Below, piece by piece: positions 48,647-56,265 of a DNA stretch of 64,000 bases (the stretch's first letter is position 1; each line of letters starts with the position of its first letter). Below the pieces are notes generated by a model. The model did not search any database. It was not told the DNA's origin and saw only the letters and a program-made list of their open reading frames with translations. The stretch is from Treponemataceae bacterium (GTDB lineage Bacteria; Spirochaetota; Spirochaetia; Treponematales; Rectinemataceae): contig CAXXGJ010000038.1 of the NCBI GenBank assembly GCA_963677895.2, forward strand, positions 224,001 to 288,000. The letters are read 5' to 3'. Both the position numbers and the translations under genes were made by a program.

Positions 48647-49460
48647 ACCATACTACCCGACCTCTACGGCCGAGATTCTCGCGCTCCTTCGCTCCAATCC
48701 CGAGATCCAGATTCTGGCCGGCGGGACTGAAATTGTCGGATCGCAGATGACCCGAGCCCTGGAATTTCCCGCCCAGGTAGCGTCCATAGCCAAGGTTCAG
48801 GAACTAAGAAAAACCATCCGTACGGAACAATTTATCGAACTAGGTTGCTGCACGACACTCACCGGCCTTCTGTCGCTTACCCCAGGCACGCTCCCCGACC
48901 CGCTCCCGGAAATCATAGATTCCATCGCCAATCATGCCATCCGCAATATAGCCACGATTGGGGGAAACCTCTGCTGCCGTTTCCGTTTCATGGATCTATG
49001 GCCTTATTTGGCATGCATGGACGCTCAAGTTGAACTAAAGACTCCTTCGGGAACCCGATGGGCCAGCGTCTCGCATTTGTGCGGCGAGGATGGGAAGCCG
49101 AATTTCCCGCGGACGGCGCTGCTCTCCAGAGTGAGAATCCCTCTTTATTCGTATAACTTCATATTTTACCGCAAGCTTGGCCCAGGGCTATTTCCCGGTC
49201 CGGAAACGGCGTCATTCGTCTGTATGGCCAACATCGAGCGAGGGAAAATAGAGGATTTCCGACTGGCCTTCGCCGGCGTGAAGGCATTCCGGCTAAAGGA
49301 CAGGGAAATGGCCATCGCGGGAAAAAAGACTTCTTCGGCATCCAAGGAAATACAGGCTATCATAGATGACTACATGAACGCCTTTGAAAGCCAGGACTGG
49401 TTCGACCGCCGCCTCTTCCTGTCGCTGCTCGAGGAAGCTTTTGAAAGGCTGTTCTCATGA
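48633..49460 (+). CDS. FAD-binding medium subunit (CoxM-type)
   Basis: ILAGGT and IRNIATIGGNL motifs. Confidence 0.88.
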   Translation: MRISEPYYPTSTAEILALLRSNPEIQILAGGTEIVGSQMTRALEFPAQVASIAKVQELRKTIRTEQFIELGCCTTLTGLLSLTPGTLPDPLPEIIDSIANHAIRNIATIGGNLCCRFRFMDLWPYLACMDAQVELKTPSGTRWASVSHLCGEDGKPNFPRTALLSRVRIPLYSYNFIFYRKLGPGLFPGPETASFVCMANIERGKIEDFRLAFAGVKAFRLKDREMAIAGKKTSSASKEIQAIIDDYMNAFESQDWFDRRLFLSLLEEAFERLFS

Positions 49461-50230
49461 ACGGTAAAACTTCCGGAAAACTCTTTCTCCTCCCTGCACC
49501 CCTGCAACCCTACGAAGCGGAAAGCTGGGATCCCGCCATGCTCGCGCATTCGCTGCCCGCCGAAGCCCTGCGTCTTCTCGGCTCGCTGGATTTTTTCATC
49601 GTGGAATCGGAACGCACCGCGCTTCGGCTTCTTTCGAGACTGAAGAATAGGGAGTCGATGGAAAAGCTTTCCATGAAAATCCTGGACGAACACAGCAGGG
49701 AGTCAGATATTCCCGGCCTCCTCGCGGAAGTGCTCGACGGCCGGGACTGCGGATTCTTCACCGAGGCGGGAATGCCCTGCATAGCCGATCCGGGGGCGGC
49801 CCTCGTTTCCTTCGCCCACTCCAAGGGGATTCCCGTCCTGCCCATCTCCGGTCCTTCCTCCATTATTCTCGCGCTCACCGCCTCGGGGATAGACGCGCAG
49901 CGTTTTGCTTTCCTGGGCTACCTCCCGCAGGAAAAGATCGCGCGGCGCTCGGCGGTTCAGCGGCTGCTCAAAGACCAGAAGAGCGATGGGATGACGAGGA
50001 TTTTCATCGAGACACCTTATAGGAACGACGCGCTGCTGGCCGATCTTGCCAGCCTTGTTCCGGACGATCTGTGGCTATGTGTAGCTTCAGGTCTATGCGG
50101 TTCGGAGGAAAGCATACTGAGCAGACCCGGCGTCCAATGGCGGGCCGCTCCCCTTCCGAAAATAGGCAAGATCCCCGCCGTCTTCCTTTTCGGGCAAAGG
50201 GCGGGCCTCAAGCCCAAAAACACTCGCTGA
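49457..50230 (+). CDS. SAM-dependent methyltransferase, RsmI/tetrapyrrole methylase family
   Basis: GKLFLLP, EAGMPCIADPG, GPSS, FAFLGYLP and FIETPYRN motifs. Confidence 0.85.
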   Translation: MNGKTSGKLFLLPAPLQPYEAESWDPAMLAHSLPAEALRLLGSLDFFIVESERTALRLLSRLKNRESMEKLSMKILDEHSRESDIPGLLAEVLDGRDCGFFTEAGMPCIADPGAALVSFAHSKGIPVLPISGPSSIILALTASGIDAQRFAFLGYLPQEKIARRSAVQRLLKDQKSDGMTRIFIETPYRNDALLADLASLVPDDLWLCVASGLCGSEESILSRPGVQWRAAPLPKIGKIPAVFLFGQRAGLKPKNTR

Positions 50231-50245
50231 ACGAAAGCGAGTCCA

Positions 50246-53200
50246 TCAGGCAAGCGAAGCGAGGCGTTCGCGTATGAATTCGCTCTTTTCCCGAAGCCCG
50301 ATGGCTTTTGTCTGGAGAATGATGGCATTGGGTTTTGCGGGATCGAGCTTCACGCGGCCGTTCGATTCGCGCATGAGGCGCAAAAGCCTTTCGACCGAGA
50401 TCTTCGATACCTTCGAAAACTCCACGATCACCCTTCCCCCGCGCTCCTTCAAGGTCGAGACGGAGAGTTTCCGGCAGAGAATCCTTATCTCAGCCAGCGA
50501 AAGCAGGGATTGAAGCTCTTCGGGCATCGGGCCGAAGCGACTCTCGAGTTCTTCCTGCAAGGCGTCCAGCTCGCCCTGTTTGTATATCGAAGCGATCTTC
50601 TTGTAGATTTCCATCTTGATCATCGGCATGGAAATATAGGTATCGGGGATATAGCCGGTATACTCCAGCTCGAGGTATGGCTCTTCCTCTTCCTGGGGCA
50701 CGCCGGAGAGAGCGTTTATGGCGTCATCGAGCAGTTTCAGGTACATGTCGAATCCCACGGCGAAGATATCTCCCGATTGCTCGCGTCCCAGGAGGTTCCC
50801 CGCTCCTCTCACTTCCAGGTCTTTCATGGCGATCTTGAATCCCGATCCCAGTTCGGTGAAGTCCGAAATGATCTGCAGGCGCTTCATGGCGATTTCGCTC
50901 AAAGCCCGTTTGTCGGGATAGAGAAGATAGGCGAAGGCCTGCCGGTCCGAGCGGCCCACCCTGCCCCTGAGCTGGTAGAGCTGGGAGATGCCGTAAAAAT
51001 CAGCTCTGTCGATGATGATCGTATTGACGTTGGGAATATCGATGCCGTTTTCGATGATCGACGTGGAGACGAGGACATGGAAGGCGCCGTGTATGAAGCG
51101 GTGCATGATGTCTTCCAGCTCGCCCGAGTCCATCTGTCCATGGGCCGATTCCGTCAGGGCTTCCGGCACGATGGATCGGATGAACTGTTCCACCTCCGGC
51201 AGACTTTCTATCCTGTTGTGAAGGTAGAAAACCTGGCCGCCGCGCTCCATCTCGTTCCTGATGGCGCGCGCTATGACCTCGGGGTTGAATTCCTCGACAT
51301 AGGTCTGGATGGGCTGGCGCGCCGCCGGCGGCGTCTGGAGTATGGACATGTCCCTGATCTTCAGCATGGACATATGCAGGGTCCGGGGGATGGGCGTCGC
51401 CGTCAGCGTGAGGCAGTCAATGCCTGCCTTCATTTCCTTGAGCCTTTCCTTGTCCTTCACCCCGAAGCGCTGCTCCTCGTCGATGACGAGGAGCCCCAGA
51501 TCCTTGAAAGCCACGTCCTTCTGCAGGATCTTATGGGTTCCTATGACCATGTCGATGCTTCCCGACAGGAGACCCTGGATAGTCTTCTTCTGCTGCTTCT
51601 TGTCTATGAGCCGCGAAAGGATGCCTATCTGGATCGGATAGCCTTCGAGCCGCTCCAGGAAGTTCTCATAGTGCTGCTCCGCGAGGATCGTCGTAGGTGC
51701 GAGGAAAGCCACTTGTTTGCCCGACATCATCGCTTTAAAGCAGGCTCGTAGGGCAACCTCTGTTTTGCCGTACCCCACATCGCCGCAGACCAGCCTGTCC
51801 ATCGGCTTGTCGAGTTCCATGTCCTTTTTTATCTCTTCGATGCACTTGAGCTGGTCGATCGTCTCCTGATAAGGAAAAGCCGCCTCGAACTCAGTCTGCC
51901 ACTCGCCATCCTTGGGAAAAGCGTATCCTCTTGCCGCCTTGCGGCGCGCATAGATGCGGATAAGGCGTTCAGCCAGCTCCTCCACCGATTTGCGGACGCG
52001 CTTTTTCCTGTTTTCCCAGGATTTCGAACCCAGCGTATCCAGCCTGGGGCTTTCCCCCTCGTTCCCGATATAACGCTGTACGAGATTGGCCTGTTCGATG
52101 GGCACGAATACCGTTTCGCTGTCGGCATACTCGATTTTTATATAGTCGCGCTCATTGCCCAGGACGCGCATCCGCTCGATACTGGCAAAACGGCCTATGC
52201 CGTAGTTTACGTGGACGACATAGTCGCCGGGCGCCAGCTCGACAAAGCTGTCGATGATGGAACTCTTCGTCGTCGAAAGACTCTTGGGTATCCGCTTGCG
52301 CCTGCCAAAAATCTCGTTCTCCTGGACCACGCGCAGATGAAGCGCGGGGATGGAAAAACCCGCCGACAGCTCGCCGATGATTATGGCCGCCGTCGATTCC
52401 TTCAAGAGACTCCCGATTCTATCGGCCTGTATATCGGAGGAAGCGGTCAGGTATGACTGTGTCTTTATTTTCTCGAAACTGGCCAAATCCTCGCGGAAAT
52501 ACTTGATATTGCCGAAAAAGGATCGAGCGGGTTCGCCCCCCATCGCCAGCCGGCTGCCCTGGTTCTGATCCCTGAGCGCGTAGGAGCGCACGACCCTTTT
52601 GGTGGAACCCAGCGCCGCCTCGAAGGAATTGACGCATCGCTCGGGCGGGGGAACAGGCTCATCCCGGAGCGCCGACCGGTACATGCCCGCGTATTCCTTC
52701 CGCGCCGATTCTTCCTGCGCGTCCAGCCTCTCCCGGTTAATCGCGAAAAACACCATGGAATCGTGGAAGTATTCGGAAATGGAGTGGATTTCCCCGAAAG
52801 CCGTCCCGTACCAGACTTCTTCGCCCTTCCACTCGCCCTGTTCGGCAAGCGCTTCCTCGAGAGCCCCCATCCTGCCGCGGCAACCGGGATAGCTCTCCCC
52901 CTGCCCGGCCACGATTCTCGCTATGGCCTTGTCCCAGACGATTTCCTTGAGCGGTCGTACGATGCATGCGTCGATGCGCTCGTATCCCGACTGCGAATTC
53001 GGGTCGAAACGGGTAATCTTGTCGATAGCGTCGTAGCTGAACTGAATTCTAAGCGCCTGCTCGTCGCCGGGCATGAACACATCCAGGACCTCGCCTCGTT
53101 GGGCGAATTCACCCGGGAGGGCAACCCTGGGAACCCTCAGGTAACCATATTCTCCCAATCGATCGGCTACCGCCCCTGGCTGGAATGCCTGTCCGGGCCG

Positions 53201-53635
53201 AAGATGTATGAGCATCCTGGAAAAATAATCCTTAGGAGGCACGGGCGTTATGAAAGCGCGGTGGCTGGCGATGATGATGCCCGAATACTTGCCCGCCAGA
53301 TCGGCGAATATCGAAGCCCTCTCCCCGAACACGCGCGAACGTACGGCCGCGGGCCTATACGCCGCCGTATTCCACCATGGCAATATCCGGCTCTGAACGC
53401 CGAAAAAATCCAGGTCGGCCGCGAAATCCTCGACTTCGCGATCCGATGGAAGAACGATGAAGAAAGATTTCCCGGTTTTCTTTCTCATGGCCGCGACCAC
53501 AAGAGCCATAAATGAGTTTTCGGCTTCGGCCAGATCGACAGGGTACTCCCCTATCTCGATTTTTCTCTCCAGCGTCCGGAATGCTTCGTGTCGGAGTATT
53601 CGGTCGATAAGTACTTGCGGTTCTTTTCTGTCCAT
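50246..53635 (-). CDS. mfd: Transcription-repair coupling factor
   Basis: UvrB-homology region, RID (VVHVNYGIG), GDVGYGKT, DEEQRFG, QLRGRVGR, TRG motif and TRCF C-terminal domain. Confidence 0.98.
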   Translation of the reverse strand: MDRKEPQVLIDRILRHEAFRTLERKIEIGEYPVDLAEAENSFMALVVAAMRKKTGKSFFIVLPSDREVEDFAADLDFFGVQSRILPWWNTAAYRPAAVRSRVFGERASIFADLAGKYSGIIIASHRAFITPVPPKDYFSRMLIHLRPGQAFQPGAVADRLGEYGYLRVPRVALPGEFAQRGEVLDVFMPGDEQALRIQFSYDAIDKITRFDPNSQSGYERIDACIVRPLKEIVWDKAIARIVAGQGESYPGCRGRMGALEEALAEQGEWKGEEVWYGTAFGEIHSISEYFHDSMVFFAINRERLDAQEESARKEYAGMYRSALRDEPVPPPERCVNSFEAALGSTKRVVRSYALRDQNQGSRLAMGGEPARSFFGNIKYFREDLASFEKIKTQSYLTASSDIQADRIGSLLKESTAAIIIGELSAGFSIPALHLRVVQENEIFGRRKRIPKSLSTTKSSIIDSFVELAPGDYVVHVNYGIGRFASIERMRVLGNERDYIKIEYADSETVFVPIEQANLVQRYIGNEGESPRLDTLGSKSWENRKKRVRKSVEELAERLIRIYARRKAARGYAFPKDGEWQTEFEAAFPYQETIDQLKCIEEIKKDMELDKPMDRLVCGDVGYGKTEVALRACFKAMMSGKQVAFLAPTTILAEQHYENFLERLEGYPIQIGILSRLIDKKQQKKTIQGLLSGSIDMVIGTHKILQKDVAFKDLGLLVIDEEQRFGVKDKERLKEMKAGIDCLTLTATPIPRTLHMSMLKIRDMSILQTPPAARQPIQTYVEEFNPEVIARAIRNEMERGGQVFYLHNRIESLPEVEQFIRSIVPEALTESAHGQMDSGELEDIMHRFIHGAFHVLVSTSIIENGIDIPNVNTIIIDRADFYGISQLYQLRGRVGRSDRQAFAYLLYPDKRALSEIAMKRLQIISDFTELGSGFKIAMKDLEVRGAGNLLGREQSGDIFAVGFDMYLKLLDDAINALSGVPQEEEEPYLELEYTGYIPDTYISMPMIKMEIYKKIASIYKQGELDALQEELESRFGPMPEELQSLLSLAEIRILCRKLSVSTLKERGGRVIVEFSKVSKISVERLLRLMRESNGRVKLDPAKPNAIILQTKAIGLREKSEFIRERLASLA

Positions 53636-53745
53636 CGTATTCTTTTCCTCGCGACGAAAGCATGAAACCGGGATCAGTCCGGATACTGGGGATCAGTATA
53701 GTCTCCGGTCTTTTTTTATTCCATAAGCGAGGCGATCAACACAGT

Positions 53746-54246
53746 ATGCTTGCAGTAATTTTAGCGGAAGACGATGCTTTTTCGCGCGCCGTCAGTCATC
53801 GTTCGCGCCTTCAGAAATACTCGGTAGTCCGCTACAGGGACCCGGTGAAGCTCGCCGACAACCTGCCCGAAATACATCCCGATCTGCTTATCGTCCGATT
53901 CAAGGACTTCCCCTCCCATTGGGAACTCCTCGCCGCCGAACTGATGTGCTCGGAAAACCTGCGCGACGTAAAAATTCTCGTATTCGCCCCATGCGAAATC
54001 GACGCTGCGCACCTTTTCAGAAATCTGCGATGCATACCCGAATTGTCCGCTCAGGCCGATACCGGTTCCCTATCGCCGGCGACATCGAAAATGCTTTCGG
54101 AATACCTCTCGGCGCCGTCTTCCACGGAAGCCCCGCCTGTCAAACCTTCCGAAGCTTCCTTGAAGTTAGGCGAAGCCAAGACGAGACATCCGACGAAAAG
54201 CCGACTGATGGCGGCCGCGGAAAAGCAGACGCGATCCAAATATTGA
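53746..54246 (+). CDS. Hypothetical protein with a receiver-like (CheY-fold) N-terminal domain
   Basis: AVILAEDD...YRDPVKLADNLPEIHPDLLIV...FPSHW followed by a low-complexity tail; start uncertain. Confidence 0.6.
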   Translation: MLAVILAEDDAFSRAVSHRSRLQKYSVVRYRDPVKLADNLPEIHPDLLIVRFKDFPSHWELLAAELMCSENLRDVKILVFAPCEIDAAHLFRNLRCIPELSAQADTGSLSPATSKMLSEYLSAPSSTEAPPVKPSEASLKLGEAKTRHPTKSRLMAAAEKQTRSKY

Positions 54247-54265
54247 TTAACTCTTTTCGCCAATA

Positions 54266-54310
54266 TCAATACTTTTTTATATTGAAAAATTTATAGAATA
54301 GGGTTAATAT
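54266..54310 (+). promoter_or_regulatory. ArsR-gene promoter with an overlapping inverted repeat
   Basis: TTGAAA-N17-TAATAT-N8-ATG; TCAATA-N8-TATTGA overlaps the -35. Confidence 0.5.
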
Positions 54311-54318
54311 TGTAAACC

Positions 54319-54678
54319 ATGAATAATGAAGCAACACCAATATGCCGCGACGAGCTACTGGAACCCTACGCCACGAAATTTAAGGCTATTGGCCATCCGG
54401 TCCGCTTAAAAATACTCTGCATGATCGTACGGCAGGACGTGCCCTGCGTAGGCGACCTCTGGCATTGCCTGAACCAGCCGCAGCCCGTCATTTCGCAGCA
54501 TCTGGCCATACTGAAAAAAACCGGAATCGTATCTTCGGAAGTACAGAAGACAAAACGCGTCTACTCGATCGTAGACCCATTCATAAAAGAATTGGTGACC
54601 AACATCGTAGGCAACATACTGACTGAGGAAGCAAGGGAAGCGGAAGAGGAAAAACAGACCCCCCTTTCTCCCGTTTAA
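54319..54678 (+). CDS. ArsR/SmtB family transcriptional regulator
   Basis: FKAIGHPVRLKIL...QPVISQHLAILK...VYSI. Confidence 0.92.
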   Translation: MNNEATPICRDELLEPYATKFKAIGHPVRLKILCMIVRQDVPCVGDLWHCLNQPQPVISQHLAILKKTGIVSSEVQKTKRVYSIVDPFIKELVTNIVGNILTEEAREAEEEKQTPLSPV

Positions 54679-54687
54679 TTAAAAGGA

Positions 54688-55758
54688 TTATCCGATCAGA
54701 TTCTCAAGTTCTTCGCCGAAGGCGATATCGGCATCGGAAATCCTTACCTTTTTCGGCTCCTGGCCTTTCTTGAAGATGAGGACATAGTCTCCGGCTCCGG
54801 TTATGCCGATATCGGCATGCCTCGCCTCGCCTGGGCCGTTCACCACGCAACCCATTATGGCGACTTCGATCGGAGCCTTCATCGAATAGAGCTTGCCCGA
54901 CCAGCGAGCCAGAAAAGCGTACGTGTCGAACGAAGCTCGGCCGCATCGCGGACAGGAGACGATCCGCACCCCTGCCTTGCGCAGTCCCGCGCAGCCTATT
55001 ATCTCTCGCGCCGCTATCACCTCGGATTCCATCGAGTCAGAAAGGGAAACGCGTATCGTCGCGCCGATGCCATCCTTGAGCAAAGGCACAAGCGCCGCCG
55101 TATTCCTGGCGATTCCGCTTATGAGAGGACCGGCCTCGGTCACGCCCAAGTGCAGGGGGTAATCGAAATTTGCCGCGAACAGTCTGTTGGCGCGTTCGAC
55201 CTCTCCGGGTTCGTTCAGTTTCATCGACACCACGAGATTGGAAAATCCCAGTTCTTCGAAAACGGCCATTTCGCGTTCGGCCGCCGTGACGCAGGATGCC
55301 GCGATATCTTCGCTATCGCGGAGATCTGCCGGCAGGGAACCCGCGTTGACGCCGATCCTGAGCGCCACGGCCTTGTCCTTGGCTTTGGCCACCACTTCTG
55401 CCGTCTTCCAGGGCGCGCCGATATTGCCGGGATTTATCCTTATCTTGTCGATGGGATAGTCCATGCAGCGCAGGGCGAGACGCCAGTCGAAATGAATGTC
55501 GGCGACGATGGGCATGGGACTTTTAGCCGCTATGGCGCCCAGCGAATCGGCTGCCGCCTCGTCGGGCACGGCAAAGCGGAGAACGTCACAGCCGATCTCT
55601 TTCAGTTTTTCGATTCTGGAAAGAATATCATGCAGTTTGGGGTCGTTTTCGCCTGAGAAAGCCGGCAAGGGGTCTTTCCACATCGTCTGGATAGAAACGG
55701 GCCAGTCGCCGCCCATCATGAGTGAACCGACTTTTACGACCCTGCTTTTATAGTTCAT
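54688..55758 (-). CDS. ispG: (E)-4-hydroxy-3-methylbut-2-enyl-diphosphate synthase
   Basis: ADIHFD, RINPGNIG, RIGVNAGSL, HLGVTEAG, CPRCGR and GCVVNGPGE motifs. Confidence 0.97.
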   Translation of the reverse strand: MNYKSRVVKVGSLMMGGDWPVSIQTMWKDPLPAFSGENDPKLHDILSRIEKLKEIGCDVLRFAVPDEAAADSLGAIAAKSPMPIVADIHFDWRLALRCMDYPIDKIRINPGNIGAPWKTAEVVAKAKDKAVALRIGVNAGSLPADLRDSEDIAASCVTAAEREMAVFEELGFSNLVVSMKLNEPGEVERANRLFAANFDYPLHLGVTEAGPLISGIARNTAALVPLLKDGIGATIRVSLSDSMESEVIAAREIIGCAGLRKAGVRIVSCPRCGRASFDTYAFLARWSGKLYSMKAPIEVAIMGCVVNGPGEARHADIGITGAGDYVLIFKKGQEPKKVRISDADIAFGEELENLIG

Positions 55759-55775
55759 ATGGTGCTTTGAAGGTT

Positions 55776-55834
55776 AGGCGCCGCCCGCTTGCCCGGGGCA
55801 GGCATTTCTGCCGAAGGGCGGGCGGGCGGCGCCT
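55776..55834. other. Long GC-rich hairpin between atpK and ispG (no U-tract)
   Basis: 13-bp perfect outer stem AGGCGCCGCCCGC/GCGGGCGGCGCCT plus inner GCCC/GGGC and GGCAG/CTGCC stems. Confidence 0.7.
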
Positions 55835-55842
55835 CGGAACCG

Positions 55843-56265
55843 TCAGATCGCTCCGAAGGTGAAGGCCATCACGAAAAGCGCTATCGTCTCGCAGAGGCCG
55901 ACGACGATCATGTAGTTGGCGAAGCCCTTCTCTGTTTCGCCGTAAGCGTCGCAGCCAGCCGCGGCGGCCTGTCCCTGAGCCAACGCCGACATGCCCATGG
56001 CTATGCCGCCCATGATGCCGGCGGCGCAGATGAGAAGCGGCTCTTTCGAGGAATTGAGCATCCTGTTCATAAGGATGAACCCGTAAATCGTCTGGGTAAG
56101 GGGAGCGCCCGCGAAGGCGACCAAGAGGAACGAGGCCTGTTTGTTGTTCATGTAGGATCTTTTCCAGGAGCCGATTGCGGCTTGTCCCGCTATGGCCGCT
56201 CCAAGCGAAGATCCGATGGCTGAAAAGCCGAGTACGCACGCCGCGCCGATCATGGCAATGTTCAT
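55843..56265 (-). CDS. atpK: V/A-type ATP synthase subunit K (4-TM proteolipid)
   Basis: Duplicated hairpin with PLTQTIYG, QG and CETIALF. Confidence 0.93.
   Translation of the reverse strand: MNIAMIGAACVLGFSAIGSSLGAAIAGQAAIGSWKRSYMNNKQASFLLVAFAGAPLTQTIYGFILMNRMLNSSKEPLLICAAGIMGGIAMGMSALAQGQAAAAGCDAYGETEKGFANYMIVVGLCETIALFVMAFTFGAI

Noticed and set aside
46074..49460. XDH-like genes as pseudogenes or selenoprotein genes
   Set aside because: All three frames are intact and full length, with no in-frame TGA or frameshift.
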